A stretch of 64,000 nt of DNA from an uncultured Gammaproteobacteria bacterium (GCA_964604315.1 CAZRYK010000001.1:2459-66458); one strand, 5' to 3'; numbered from the stretch's first letter, positions 8,061 to 18,725 are shown. Made by a program: numbers and translations. The notes: generated from the sequence alone by a model not told the origin.

Positions 8061-9911
8061 TTATTGCGTTTTGGCTTTACCCACTAAACACACGGCCTGC
8101 CAGGGCTTATATTTGGATGTAAACGTGGTTTCTTCTTTGCGACCATCGGCGTACTCTACGCTATAATCAAACGCTGTCGATGTTCCGCGATGCGCTTTTT
8201 CAATACACTTGGTCTCGCCCGGAGCCAAATCTTCGGTTTCAACATTTTTTAACGGTGGCGGGTCTACACATGCGCCCACACGCGTTTCGGATTGCGCAAT
8301 TTTTCGCCCATCCTTGGTGCCATAAAACGCAACGGTAAAATCATCGCCTTTGATTTCGGTTTCAATTAAAATCCAATGTCCCGTGTCATTTTTAAAACGG
8401 TAGTCCGGCGCTGGGTCATAAATGGTAGCATCTGTCCCTGGCCGTCCTTTAGTATCATTGTAATACGAAACAACATAACTATGATTGCGCCGTTGGGTTA
8501 CCGGCAGGCCCGATGCCAGCGTTGCACGGAAAACGGTTGTACCAAACTGGCACGCTCCGCCGCCAAATTCCGGAACCGTTTTGTCGCCTTTAATCACCAG
8601 TTCCGGCAACCAGCCATCTTCCGGACCAAAGTCGCCCAACACTTTTAACAACGAAAATTCTTCGTCCGGCGCAACCAACGTGCCATCAATAAGACTGGCG
8701 CCATTGGCAATATTATGACGGCGATTTTTTGGGCTACCGGCAAAGTTAGAACGTCCCACGCCTAACAATTCTTTAATGCCTAAGTTATTGACATCGGTGT
8801 TCGTGACGCGCGGTAAAACCTCTTTAACCACAACGGAAACGTCGCGCCGCGAGCTTGTTAACACCGCGTCTTTCGTCACTTCATAGGTTTGCGATTGATC
8901 GACTTCCCGCCCCGCACGACTTTCTTGAAATTCTGCAACCTTGCCGTCTTGCATGCGAAACTTTCCTTCCTGCGCTGGCAAGTCAATTTCTGCGGCGACT
9001 TTTTTTAAAAAATTCCCCACGCGTTCTTCCTGTAAATGTAAAAACACATCTTGCGAAGACACACCCAAAACCGCTTGCCCGGTGGATTCGTCGTATTCCG
9101 GTGCAGAGGTGCCTAATGCCAACCATGTGCGATATTCACTTTCCGGCACATGCCATTGTTGATCTTCAAAAATAAAAGTCGGCAAGCCCGCCGAGACCAT
9201 GTCTTCTGCGCGCTGAATCATTTTTTCTGCATTGGCTTTGGTGATCGAGGGAATATCGTCATGCAAACTTAACACCACTTCTTCGTTGCGAAGGGTAAGA
9301 ATTTGCGATCGCACATTGGTAACCGCTTTTGGCAGTTCCAAACTCTTCCCGATTTTTTCCCTTTGAATACTAAACGACAAATCCGGCATGACGATTAACT
9401 GCGCGTCCTGGCCCGGTTCTTCGTAGGTTTTGAATTGCTCCTCTAATAATGACAGCGCCTCTTTGCTGTTAAAGGTGGAACTTGTTTCAAGGAGCGTGGG
9501 TTCTAAGAGCAACGCAACATGTTGCCGCAATCGTTCCAGCGGGGTTCCTTTCCGCGCAACAGCAAAAGCGTTCGCCGCGGTTTTGCGGCTGTCGATAGCA
9601 TAGAGCGTAATGTCTAAATCTGCACTCACGCCCCATTCCGGGTTGAGGCGCAACTCGGTATCGTTGTACCGAACGCGAAAGCCCTGATGCTGGAGCGTAT
9701 TACTATACGTTTCCACGATTTCTTGCGCCTGCGCGGGCGTCTTCCACGCTAAGGATCGTTCCCCTAAAAACACGCCCGGAGCAATACGATTTTGAACCGA
9801 CACCTCTAACATTACCGCGCCGGCAACAGGCAACAATAGCAAGCCCACCACAAAAATGATGATACCAGGTTTCTTTGAAAAGGTTTTAGGCGACTTCTTT
9901 TGTTTTTTCAT
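8061..9911 (-). CDS. VanW-family protein
   Basis: N-terminal TM anchor; C-terminal VanW domain 'GGGACQFGTTVFRA'; 616 aa. Confidence 0.7.
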   Translation of the reverse strand: MKKQKKSPKTFSKKPGIIIFVVGLLLLPVAGAVMLEVSVQNRIAPGVFLGERSLAWKTPAQAQEIVETYSNTLQHQGFRVRYNDTELRLNPEWGVSADLDITLYAIDSRKTAANAFAVARKGTPLERLRQHVALLLEPTLLETSSTFNSKEALSLLEEQFKTYEEPGQDAQLIVMPDLSFSIQREKIGKSLELPKAVTNVRSQILTLRNEEVVLSLHDDIPSITKANAEKMIQRAEDMVSAGLPTFIFEDQQWHVPESEYRTWLALGTSAPEYDESTGQAVLGVSSQDVFLHLQEERVGNFLKKVAAEIDLPAQEGKFRMQDGKVAEFQESRAGREVDQSQTYEVTKDAVLTSSRRDVSVVVKEVLPRVTNTDVNNLGIKELLGVGRSNFAGSPKNRRHNIANGASLIDGTLVAPDEEFSLLKVLGDFGPEDGWLPELVIKGDKTVPEFGGGACQFGTTVFRATLASGLPVTQRRNHSYVVSYYNDTKGRPGTDATIYDPAPDYRFKNDTGHWILIETEIKGDDFTVAFYGTKDGRKIAQSETRVGACVDPPPLKNVETEDLAPGETKCIEKAHRGTSTAFDYSVEYADGRKEETTFTSKYKPWQAVCLVGKAKTQ

Positions 9912-10145
9912 AAAAATGCACTCCGCATTGCAACCATACTAAATAATGGAGAATTTGTGAAGCCCTCAAACCAGATCAAACCAGATCGGATCTAAAACCC
10001 CCTCTTGAGATCGGATCTCAAAGGCCCTTTTTGGATCCGATTTCACTGATCGAGTTCCGTACTAAACCAAGTACGGAACTTGTAGTAAAACCAAAACCAC
10101 CCCGACACGAAGCCGGGATGGTCTTTTTTGCGATGCAAAACCACT

Positions 10146-10388
10146 TTAGAGATCGATATTCATGTCCAACTCGGGTTGCGCAAGTTCCGACTCTAGTGTC
10201 GGAATGCCATTCAGGACGTCGGTCACGCCTTCGACTTTCAAAACAGATGTATCGATCGAATCCGCAGTGGAGGTGTTGGTCGAATTGGCGTTTCTCGACA
10301 ATGTCCCCGAGTCTTTTAAGGCCACGGCCAATGCCACCACGATCAGCACCACAATGACGATGAAGAAAACTGTCAGCATTCCGCGCAT
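10146..10388 (-). CDS. Hypothetical membrane-anchored small protein
   Basis: 80 aa; N-terminal TM helix then S/T-rich segment. Confidence 0.35.
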   Translation of the reverse strand: MRGMLTVFFIVIVVLIVVALAVALKDSGTLSRNANSTNTSTADSIDTSVLKVEGVTDVLNGIPTLESELAQPELDMNIDL

Positions 10389-10397
10389 AGATGATTA

Positions 10398-11660
10398 TTA
10401 AGAATTAGAAGGTTGCAAGGAGATAGTTACCGGGTCTGCCGTAAAATTGTATTCCTTACCCGTCTTGCTGGTTTTGTATGTACCTTTACCGGTTAAAGTC
10501 ACGCTTCCTGTGCCTTCGGTGATCAAATCCATACTGTTCCCTTTTGCTGTTACCAACACGTTCGTTCCTTTGACCTTAACGTTTCCAATACCCGTAATGG
10601 TAATCACTTTTTGGCCTTGGGCATTGGTGCTTTCCGAGCGATTGCCTGTGCCGTTGGTATCGATTGTGGCATCGCCGCCCCGATCAACAACCGTGACACT
10701 TCCAGTGCTATTGTTCGATACTTTTCCGTCCACCGAACCGTTGCCATCTAAAACCGCTTCACCATCACCCGTTGCATACAGACGGCCCGTACCGCTCACC
10801 GAAACGTTGTCTAGTTTAATGTCGTCAAGTTCTTTGACAATCTTTACCAGACTGGCATGCGCATCGCGTGTTGCTTCCTCCGCATTCCGTAAGAATTCTC
10901 GGCCTTCGCTAAAGAGCGCATCGGCTTCTGTGAGATTGGTAATTTTCTGGAACGATGCTACGGCTTTGTCGTATTCAGCATTGGCAGTTGCCACATCGGC
11001 TTTAAAGTCGGCGTATAATGCCTCGAGCTCTGCCACGTCTTGACCATCTTCTTTCACCACATTAATTTTTGCCTGCACATCATCGTTCAACGCTTCCAAA
11101 GAATCCAACACATAATTTACGCGTCCGGCTAAAATTTGGCCCGTCTGTTTTTTGGTGCTTACCCGAATACTTTCCCAGTAATCCGACACTTTCTTGGCTT
11201 CGGCAACCAAAGCCTCGCGGCCCGTGGCATTCTGAATCACCGCTTGCTCATTAATGAGCCAATCAATTTGGGTTTGCAGCTCCGCCGTAATACTCGTCTG
11301 TGTTGCGTCGTCAATACCTTTCATTTCTTGCACTTTGGATTGCAACAGCTCAACGTATTCTAACGCGGCTTTATCGGCGTTCAATAAAAAGGTTTTGCCT
11401 TTTTCCACGGCAACATCTAAGTTCGTCGCATTTTTGCGCTCTTGGTACTTCAATTTTGCGGTTAAATAATCCTCCCGTGCGGATTTGTACGTCGAAACCG
11501 CATTAGTATAGGCTTTTTTGGCATCATTATAGATGCGCTTAGCAGAATCGTTCTCGTCGCTTAACGAGAGCGCGCTTGCTTGCGGCGCAAATGACACTAA
11601 AAGCATAACCGCAACGAGGACACTGAAAAACTTTTTAGTCACATGGTTCATATTTTCCAA
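10398..11660 (-). CDS. Secreted protein with N-terminal coiled coil and C-terminal G/T/S-rich beta-repeat region
   Basis: Signal peptide 'MLLVSFAPQASA'; 420 aa; no recognised catalytic motif. Confidence 0.5.
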   Translation of the reverse strand: MENMNHVTKKFFSVLVAVMLLVSFAPQASALSLSDENDSAKRIYNDAKKAYTNAVSTYKSAREDYLTAKLKYQERKNATNLDVAVEKGKTFLLNADKAALEYVELLQSKVQEMKGIDDATQTSITAELQTQIDWLINEQAVIQNATGREALVAEAKKVSDYWESIRVSTKKQTGQILAGRVNYVLDSLEALNDDVQAKINVVKEDGQDVAELEALYADFKADVATANAEYDKAVASFQKITNLTEADALFSEGREFLRNAEEATRDAHASLVKIVKELDDIKLDNVSVSGTGRLYATGDGEAVLDGNGSVDGKVSNNSTGSVTVVDRGGDATIDTNGTGNRSESTNAQGQKVITITGIGNVKVKGTNVLVTAKGNSMDLITEGTGSVTLTGKGTYKTSKTGKEYNFTADPVTISLQPSNS

Positions 11661-11692
11661 TTAAATAGTAGTGTGACGCGCACTTTCAAAAA

Positions 11693-12208
11693 CTACTCGG
11701 CATCAACGGCCTTTACTTTAATACTTCGGGATTGCGAACTTGCGGATTTAGGTAAGCGAACGGTGAGAATGCCGTTCTCTAAACTCGCCTCGACTTTTTC
11801 TGTGATCACATCGACCGGAAGGATAATGGTTCGGGAAAACCCGCCCCAATAACATTCCTGGTAAAAGTAATCGTCCTCCAAAACCTCGGTTCCATGATGC
11901 CGCTTACCTTTAATCGTCACCATGTCATGTTGGACAGAAATATCGATGTCGTCTGGTGCAACCCCGGCAATAGTGGACTGAATCACAATGTCATTTTCGG
12001 TTTGATACACATCCACCGCCAGTTGACCTTCATAGCTTTCGGAAAGCCATTCGTCTGATTCTTCTGTCGCGGACGGGTTACGCTTAGGTACGGTATCTTT
12101 GCCAATATTAGCCATATTATCATTTGTAACCGAAACATCGGAAATCTGTTGCATTTCAGGGTTAGTATTTTGATTCAATTTTGACAGTAACATGTCTTTG
12201 CGAGACAT
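11693..12208 (-). CDS. Hsp20/alpha-crystallin family small heat-shock protein
   Basis: ACD region 'GQLAVDVYQTENDIVI...DDIDISV...VTIKGKR...ENGILTVRLPK'. Confidence 0.85.
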   Translation of the reverse strand: MSRKDMLLSKLNQNTNPEMQQISDVSVTNDNMANIGKDTVPKRNPSATEESDEWLSESYEGQLAVDVYQTENDIVIQSTIAGVAPDDIDISVQHDMVTIKGKRHHGTEVLEDDYFYQECYWGGFSRTIILPVDVITEKVEASLENGILTVRLPKSASSQSRSIKVKAVDAE

Positions 12209-12324
12209 AGCGTTCGTTCCTCCTTAAATCCAATAATATTATACCCTGTTTATGGCAAATCGCGCAACCAAAACCTGTGGATGAAAAATGAAAACCGTAT
12301 TCTTGACGTCAATGAACTTCTATG

Positions 12325-12550
12325 ATTACCTATCACCGAGCGAGGGAACACTACACGTTGGGTGCTACCCGAAAGGGTGGGTGGGTTCGAACCCCACATA
12401 GTGGTTCCTAAGATAGGGGCGCGCACGAAGGATAGGCGGGAGGCTCTGAAGCCGCCCTTCTGGGGACGGCTGATACGCCACCCTTGAAATACCGCCTGGC
12501 GCTCTGACAAGCGGTGGACATTGTCCACAATCGCTTCAAGGGATCCCTCG
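12325..12550 (+). ncRNA. GC-rich structured element with embedded tRNA-like T-arm, closed by a P1-type helix; unclassified
   Basis: CGAGCGAGGGA (12325-12335) pairs with TCCCTCGCTC (12541-12550). Canonical T-arm GTGGG-TTCGAAC-CCCAC at 12375-12391. Flanking 9-bp acceptor-like helix GGAACACTA/TAGTG(G)GTTCC. The only ORF here (12250-12555, minus) looks spurious. Confidence 0.35.
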
Positions 12551-12717
12551 CTCACATCCCTTTATTTATTCGAGCACCGCTCGAGGATTTTTGTTTTAAT
12601 CGCCTCGGGGAAAAATGTTACTGTGTATCATATGTGAAATGCCGTGTCAGGTATAAAATCAGCCACAAATCTTCGTCACCACAAAGGACGAAAAATATGC
12701 TATAATGACTTTAAAAT

Positions 12718-15039
12718 ATGGTAAAAAGATCTTCTCCCAAATCCTCCAAACGCTCATGGGGCGGTCCTGCGTCGGTCAAATCGACCCGCGACGATATTAG
12801 CTGGTTTGACCTACACCCGGAAACCACGCGCGGGATTATTGTTATTCTTCTACTTTTGGCCGCAGTCTTAGCGGTTTTAAGCTTTTTTGGGCTTTCAGGA
12901 ACGTTAGGCGCGGGCATTGTGAAAGTCTTATCGTATGCCTTTGGCTGGGGGCGATTTCTTTTCCCATTGATTGTCTTAGTTCCGGCCATCATGCTCTTTT
13001 TGGACGATCGGTTTGAATGGAACTGGAGCAACACCGTGGGCATTGTCCTTTTGGCGCTGTCAATCACCGGCATTTTCCATATTTTTACGCCGGTTGCGGA
13101 ATCGGTAGCAAAGGTTTCTACTGGTGACGGCGGCGGCTACTTGGGCGTCGCGATTTCTTACCCCTTGCTCAAAATCATGGGAACCTATGCCTCGTTTGTG
13201 GTGCTATTGGCCTTACTTCTCATTGCGGTTTTGTTAGTGTTCCGCACGTCATTACAATCGCTCATGTCCGGCGCAGGATTTTTTGCCTGGGTAGGCGATA
13301 TTACGTTAACCGTTTGGGGATTTGCGCGTTCCATCCCGTCCAAGTTGCGCGGGGAAAAACAACAAACGTTTGCAGGCGACGAAAGCGAGAACGAAGAACC
13401 TACAACCGAAGGGCCCTTACCCCAATTTGCGGCGCGCGATTTAAGCGAAAGCGGAAAACTTGCCGTCAGTCAACCGGGTCAGCAAAGCGAAATGCCTCTC
13501 GGGGAACAACCGGCCAAAACGCCAAAGCTGCGCATGCGACTTTCAACCGATTTGCTGGAAACCAACGTCACGAACCCGACCAGCGGCAATATTGACCAAA
13601 ACAAAGAAATTATTCAACGAACGCTCGACAACTTTGGCATTCCGGTAGAAATGGGCGAGGTATCCGTAGGCCCCACGGTGACGCAATATACCCTCAAACC
13701 TGACGAAGGTGTGAAATTATCACAGATCACCACTCTGCAAAACGATTTAGCCTTGGCGTTGGCCGCCCACCCCATTCGTATTGAAGCGCCTATTCCGGGA
13801 AAGTCCTTAGTGGGCATAGAAATTCCGAACCAGAAAGTGTCCATGGTGCGGTTAAAAGAAATTATTGATTCGCAAGTGTTCAAAAAACGCAGCTCTAATC
13901 TTGCGGTGGCTTTAGGCAAAGACGTGGGCGGAAATGCCGTGATAGCGCATTTAGACGCCATGCCGCATTTATTGATTGCCGGTGCCACAGGCTCTGGGAA
14001 GTCGGTGATGATCAACTCGCTCATTGTAAGCTTGCTGTTCCAAAGCGCGCCCGAAGATTTGCGCCTGATTTTAGTCGACCCCAAACGCGTAGAAATGACC
14101 GTGTACAACGACATTCCCTATTTGTTAACGCCCGTAATTACCGAAACCAAAAAAACCATCAACGCTCTGCGCTGGTTGGTTTCAGAAATGGACAGACGCT
14201 ATGAAGTCTTGCAACACGCGGGCAAACGCAACATTGCTTCCTATAATAAAGATGCGCAACAACACATGCCGTATATTGTGCTGGTCATCGATGAGTTGGC
14301 CGACTTAATGGCGGTTGCGGCAAACGACGTGGAAGCCGCGATTGTGCGATTAGCGCAAATGGCGCGCGCTGTGGGTATTCACTTGGTGGTGGCAACTCAA
14401 CGGCCGAGCGTGGATGTGATCACCGGCTTGATTAAAGCCAACATTACCAGCCGCGTTGCCTTTACCGTTGCCTCGCTCATCGACTCTCGCACCATTATTG
14501 ATTCCTCGGGCGCGGAAAAGTTGCTGGGCCGTGGAGACATGTTATTCGTTTCTGCGGAAAGCTCCAAACCCAAGCGGATTCAGGGCGTGTTTGTGTCAGA
14601 CCAAGAAATCGGCCGGGTCTGCAGTTTCTTAAAAGAACAGGGCGAGCCGGAATACGATGAAGAAGTCACGGTGAAAACCGTGGGGTCTGGGCAGTCCGGC
14701 GGCGTCGTCAGCAATGACGACAATAACGACCCCATGTTAGAAGAAGCAACGGAAATCATTGTCGCGGCTGGCAAAGGCTCGGCAAGCATGTTGCAGAGGC
14801 GGTTACGATTGGGCTATGCACGCGCCGCACGCATATTGGATATCTTAGAAGAACGTGGTATTATTGGACCAGCAGACGGGGCAAAACCGCGCGAAGTGTT
14901 GGTATCTAAAGAACAATTTGCCGCCAATTCCAGAGAAGAAAGTGGAAGCCCTGAAGGTGCAGAAACCGAAGAGGCAAACGAAGCCTTTGAAGACACAACG
15001 CAAGAAGAAGAGGAAGAAAACTTTGAAGAAAAGTTTTAG
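12718..15039 (+). CDS. ftsK: DNA translocase FtsK/SpoIIIE
   Basis: N-terminal TM region; Walker A 'GATGSGKSV'; C-terminal gamma domain; 773 aa. Confidence 0.9.
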   Translation: MVKRSSPKSSKRSWGGPASVKSTRDDISWFDLHPETTRGIIVILLLLAAVLAVLSFFGLSGTLGAGIVKVLSYAFGWGRFLFPLIVLVPAIMLFLDDRFEWNWSNTVGIVLLALSITGIFHIFTPVAESVAKVSTGDGGGYLGVAISYPLLKIMGTYASFVVLLALLLIAVLLVFRTSLQSLMSGAGFFAWVGDITLTVWGFARSIPSKLRGEKQQTFAGDESENEEPTTEGPLPQFAARDLSESGKLAVSQPGQQSEMPLGEQPAKTPKLRMRLSTDLLETNVTNPTSGNIDQNKEIIQRTLDNFGIPVEMGEVSVGPTVTQYTLKPDEGVKLSQITTLQNDLALALAAHPIRIEAPIPGKSLVGIEIPNQKVSMVRLKEIIDSQVFKKRSSNLAVALGKDVGGNAVIAHLDAMPHLLIAGATGSGKSVMINSLIVSLLFQSAPEDLRLILVDPKRVEMTVYNDIPYLLTPVITETKKTINALRWLVSEMDRRYEVLQHAGKRNIASYNKDAQQHMPYIVLVIDELADLMAVAANDVEAAIVRLAQMARAVGIHLVVATQRPSVDVITGLIKANITSRVAFTVASLIDSRTIIDSSGAEKLLGRGDMLFVSAESSKPKRIQGVFVSDQEIGRVCSFLKEQGEPEYDEEVTVKTVGSGQSGGVVSNDDNNDPMLEEATEIIVAAGKGSASMLQRRLRLGYARAARILDILEERGIIGPADGAKPREVLVSKEQFAANSREESGSPEGAETEEANEAFEDTTQEEEEENFEEKF

Positions 15040-15050
15040 GTAATATATTT

Positions 15051-15725
15051 ATGGTCGCTTTTCGACGAAAAAAAATACGCGGATCCGAAACCTTGGGGGA
15101 ATCGTTGGCTATGAACCGCAAAGAAGAAGGATTGTCGCGGGCGGCGTTGTCCGAAAGTTTACATATTCCCGAGCATTATTTGGAAGCCATTGAAAACGAC
15201 CGGTACGATCAGTTGCCCGAGGGGTTGTATGCGCGGCGATTTTTAGAAAAATATGCGCAGGCGTTGTACTTGCCGCTGGATCGGGTGCTGGAACTCTATG
15301 AAAAAGAAATGCGCGTAACGGCTCCGCGACAAAAAAAACGCCTTGCTTCGCTTTTCTCGCCGCAGAAATTACCCAAAGCGATTCTTACTCCCCGCATTAT
15401 GCGCGCAAGCTGTACCGGTCTTGGGGTTCTTGCCTTACTTTTATATATTGGTACGCAAGTCGTGCATATTATGGAGCCCCCGACCTTAACCGTGAACCCG
15501 GAAAATGCTAATTTAGTTTTGCAAGATCATAGCATTGTGATTGAGGGCGTGACCGACCCGGAAGCCGAAGTGATGATTAACAACAAAGAGGTTGTGGGTA
15601 CGCAAGAAGGGCATTTTAGCGAAACGATTCAATTGAATAAGGGCGTGAATATTTTGGAAATCACGGCGAAGAAAAAACGCAGTGATGTGACGACAGTCTA
15701 CAAAAAGATTCTGGTTGAATCGTAA
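15051..15725 (+). CDS. rodZ: RodZ-like protein (HTH_XRE, single TM, DUF4115-type C-terminal domain)
   Basis: HTH 'LGESLAMNRKEEGLSRAALSESLHIPEHYLEAIEND', TM 'GLGVLALLLYIGTQVV'. Start may instead be M at 15111. Confidence 0.6.
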   Translation: MVAFRRKKIRGSETLGESLAMNRKEEGLSRAALSESLHIPEHYLEAIENDRYDQLPEGLYARRFLEKYAQALYLPLDRVLELYEKEMRVTAPRQKKRLASLFSPQKLPKAILTPRIMRASCTGLGVLALLLYIGTQVVHIMEPPTLTVNPENANLVLQDHSIVIEGVTDPEAEVMINNKEVVGTQEGHFSETIQLNKGVNILEITAKKKRSDVTTVYKKILVES

Positions 15726-15789
15726 AAATAAAAATAAAAACATGGGCGATGATGGGCGTAGGGGGAACTTTAATTCTTAGATTATCATT

Positions 15790-16800
15790 ATGGCAACACA
15801 AGACCCTGGGCGCATTGCTGCGGTTGACGCGGCAATAACACAAATCAAAGATCGATTCGGCGACGGATCGATTATGAAGTTGGGCGAAGCACAAAAAATG
15901 AACGTCGAGACGGTTTCGACGGGCTGTTTATCGTTAGACATTGCCTTGGGCAGTGGCGTTCCTCGTGGACGCATTATTGAAATCTATGGGCCGGAAAGTT
16001 CGGGCAAAACCACGCTAGCGCAACACATTATTGCCGAGGCGCAAAAAAATGGCGGCATTGCGGCGTTTATTGACGCCGAGCATGCATTGGACCCAGAATA
16101 TGCCAAAAAATTGGGCGTGAACGTGAAAGAACTTCTCATTTCCCAACCCGATACCGGCGAACAAGCATTAGAAATTTTAGAAACCATTGTTCGCTCAAAC
16201 GCGGTCGATGTCGTGGTGGTGGATTCGGTTGCGGCTTTAACACCCAAAGCAGAATTAGAAGGCGACATGGGCGATCAACACATGGGCTTGCAGGCGCGGC
16301 TCATGAGCCAAGCGTTGCGAAAACTTGCAGGCGTGGTGAGCAAAAGCCGAACCATGGTAATTTTCATTAACCAAACACGGTTGAAAATTGGCGTGTTCTT
16401 TGGTAACCCAGAAACGACCACCGGTGGAACAGCGTTGAAGTTTTACTCATCGGTGCGTATCGAGGTCCGTCGCGCCGCGCAAATTAAGCAAGGCGAACGC
16501 GTGATTGGCAATCGCGTGAAAGCGAAAATTGTCAAAAACAAAGTGGCCCCGCCGTTCCGCACCACGGAGTTCGACATTATGTACAATGAAGGCATTTCAC
16601 TTTCCGGAGATTTGCTCGACCTTGGCGTTTTGCATGGCGTGATTCAGAAAAACGGAAATTCGCACTCGCACGGAGAAGAAAAACTTGGCGTTGGCCGCAT
16701 GGCGTCGATCCAATTTTTGCGCGAAAACCCCAAACTGCGTAGCGTCATTCGTAAAGAAATCTTAGAGGCCGTTGAAAAGGAAAACAAAGAAGCCACATGA
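15790..16800 (+). CDS. recA: Recombinase RecA
   Basis: '[16 protein letters not shown]', L1/L2 loop regions; 336 aa. Confidence 0.95.
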   Translation: MATQDPGRIAAVDAAITQIKDRFGDGSIMKLGEAQKMNVETVSTGCLSLDIALGSGVPRGRIIEIYGPESSGKTTLAQHIIAEAQKNGGIAAFIDAEHALDPEYAKKLGVNVKELLISQPDTGEQALEILETIVRSNAVDVVVVDSVAALTPKAELEGDMGDQHMGLQARLMSQALRKLAGVVSKSRTMVIFINQTRLKIGVFFGNPETTTGGTALKFYSSVRIEVRRAAQIKQGERVIGNRVKAKIVKNKVAPPFRTTEFDIMYNEGISLSGDLLDLGVLHGVIQKNGNSHSHGEEKLGVGRMASIQFLRENPKLRSVIRKEILEAVEKENKEAT

Positions 16801-16868
16801 CAGTCTTCAGCCGTCAGCGGTCAGTGATTTTAAAAACCTTCTATTAATTACTGACTGCTGTCTGCTGA

Positions 16869-17429
16869 TTACACCCTTTCCACGTACTCGCCGGTTTCGG
16901 TGTTGATGCGAATAATATCACCTACTTTTACAAAAAGCGGGGCGTTCACCACATACCCTGTTTCCACAGTGACGGGTTTGGTGACTTTGCCTTGCGCTGT
17001 ATCGCCGCGAATACCTTCGGGCGATTCGGTGACTTTCAGTTCAACTTTCGTCGGCAAAGACAACGACACGGGTTTACCCTCAAAATTCAAAATCTCGACG
17101 TTCGAGCCCTCGCCAACAAAGTGTGAAATTTCCCCAACCTGATCTTTAGGAAGTGAAAACTGCTCGAACGATTCGTTATCCATGAAAAAATAATTATCGC
17201 CTTCCCGATGCGTTAATTGCGCCTGCGATCGCGATAAATCGGCTTCATCAATTTTGTCGCCGCCTTTAAACGTGCGTTCTAACACCTGACCCGTAATGAG
17301 ATTTTTTAATTTGGTACGCAAAACCGCCGAACCCCGACCCATCTGCACATGTTGGGTATACTGAACAACATACGGCGCGGCCTCAAAGGCAATCACGGTT
17401 CCGATTTTGAGATCGTTCATTTGGAACAT
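16869..17429 (-). CDS. efp: Elongation factor P
   Basis: 186 aa; KOW-like N-terminus and OB domains; 'KPGKGQA'-equivalent loop 'RTKLKNLITG'. Confidence 0.88.
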   Translation of the reverse strand: MFQMNDLKIGTVIAFEAAPYVVQYTQHVQMGRGSAVLRTKLKNLITGQVLERTFKGGDKIDEADLSRSQAQLTHREGDNYFFMDNESFEQFSLPKDQVGEISHFVGEGSNVEILNFEGKPVSLSLPTKVELKVTESPEGIRGDTAQGKVTKPVTVETGYVVNAPLFVKVGDIIRINTETGEYVERV

Positions 17430-17515
17430 AAAGTAGCAATAGCGGTAAGTAGTAAGTAATAAGTAGTAAGTAAAGCTTTAAAAATACTTATTACTTACAG
17501 CTTACTACTTGCTGC

Positions 17516-17734
17516 TTATCTTGTCGTGTACGGAATCAAAGCCATGAACCGCGCGCGCTTGCATGCCTGCGTTAATTTGCGCTGGTGCTTGGCGCAGGTT
17601 CCGGTTTTCTTTCGGGGTAAAATCTTGGCGTAACTCGAAAGGAACCGACGAAAATTTTCGGTTTCCAGATACGGAACATCTTCAATGCCATTGGTACAAA
17701 AATAGCATTCTTTAATGGGTTGTTGTTGCATCAT
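17516..17734 (-). CDS. rpsR: 30S ribosomal protein S18
   Basis: 'CYFC...CAKHQRKLTQACKRARFMALIPY'. Confidence 0.85.
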   Translation of the reverse strand: MMQQQPIKECYFCTNGIEDVPYLETENFRRFLSSYAKILPRKKTGTCAKHQRKLTQACKRARFMALIPYTTR

Positions 17735-17743
17735 AGTGAGCTC

Positions 17744-18184
17744 TTAAAAGGGAATATCTTCAATGCTTATTTCTTCATCTGACGGAGTGCCGGATGGCGC
17801 GCTTTGGTTTTGCGCCGGCGCTTGCGATGCCTGTGTCGGACCCGCACTACTACCCGAAGGACTGCCTAACATAATCATGTTGTCGGCAACAATTTCTGTG
17901 CGGTATTTTTTTTGCCCGGTTTGGTCTTCCCATGATCGCGTTTGCAAGCGACCTTCAATATACACCTGTTTGCCTTTGGTTAAATACTGCCCCACAATGT
18001 CGGCAAGTTTCCGCCAGGCAACCACATTGTGGTATTCCGGTCGGTCTTGCTTATTACCCTGTTGATCTTTCCACGAATAATTCGTTGCCACAGAAAACGT
18101 TGCAACGGTTTGCCCACTGGGGATGGTTTTAACCTCGGGATCCCGTACCAAGCGCCCAATAATCATGACTTTGTTAAGATCCAT
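17744..18184 (-). CDS. ssb: Single-stranded DNA-binding protein
   Basis: OB fold '[13 protein letters not shown]...'; acidic tail ending DIPF. Confidence 0.9.
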   Translation of the reverse strand: MDLNKVMIIGRLVRDPEVKTIPSGQTVATFSVATNYSWKDQQGNKQDRPEYHNVVAWRKLADIVGQYLTKGKQVYIEGRLQTRSWEDQTGQKKYRTEIVADNMIMLGSPSGSSAGPTQASQAPAQNQSAPSGTPSDEEISIEDIPF

Positions 18185-18194
18185 AAAAATTGCC

Positions 18195-18725
18195 TTAAGA
18201 ATCTTTTGGCGAATCCATTATGTCGTCGGACATAATTTCATCGAGTTTTTTATCTAATTCTTCAATCGTCGCCTTGCGTTCCGCGTCCGTTAACTCTTTA
18301 TACGCCTCCGGCTTAGTGACTTCCTTCACGCGTTCTTCCCGTTCCTTGCGTTTAACATCTTCTTGCGTTTGACGTCGCTTCATTTGCAATCTCTCGCGCA
18401 GAGCTTGTTCTTTTAAGCGTTGCTCTTCGCTTTTTTCTACGGTCACAATACAAAGATGACGCAATACGCGTGCATTATGACGAATTTCTTGATCGATCTT
18501 AGCCAATTTTTCTGGCTCCACGTCAAATTCCACCACAGTGTAGTATCCGTAGTGCAAACCTTTAATAGGGTACGCTAATCGACGCTTGCCAAAGCCCTCG
18601 GCGTTCACGGTTTTGACCGTGCCTTCTTCGGATTGAATAAGATTCGTGACTTCGCTTACTACCGCGGCGGAGTCTTCTTCGGACACATTGCCCGGTACCA
18701 ATAACAATAATTGATAGTGTTGCAT
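18195..18725 (-). CDS. rpsF: 30S ribosomal protein S6 with charged C-terminal extension
   Basis: '[10 protein letters not shown]...[11 protein letters not shown]'; classical rpsF-ssb-rpsR order. Confidence 0.85.
   Translation of the reverse strand: MQHYQLLLLVPGNVSEEDSAAVVSEVTNLIQSEEGTVKTVNAEGFGKRRLAYPIKGLHYGYYTVVEFDVEPEKLAKIDQEIRHNARVLRHLCIVTVEKSEEQRLKEQALRERLQMKRRQTQEDVKRKEREERVKEVTKPEAYKELTDAERKATIEELDKKLDEIMSDDIMDSPKDS

Noticed and set aside
10447-11043. 198-aa plus-strand ORF
   Set aside because: Antisense shadow ORF within the secreted coiled-coil protein gene; Ser/Pro/Thr-rich, no RBS.
12250-12555. 101-aa minus-strand ORF
   Set aside because: It lies entirely within the GC-rich structured tRNA-like element. 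The translation is low-complexity (R/S/G-rich), and there is no RBS.
17430-17515. GTAAGTA-rich palindromic low-complexity tract between efp and rpsR (similar GTAAG-rich tracts at 30700-30790 and 41270-41300)
   Set aside because: Simple-sequence or AT-rich hairpin with no T-run and no coding potential. Noted as low-complexity intergenic DNA, not a defined element.
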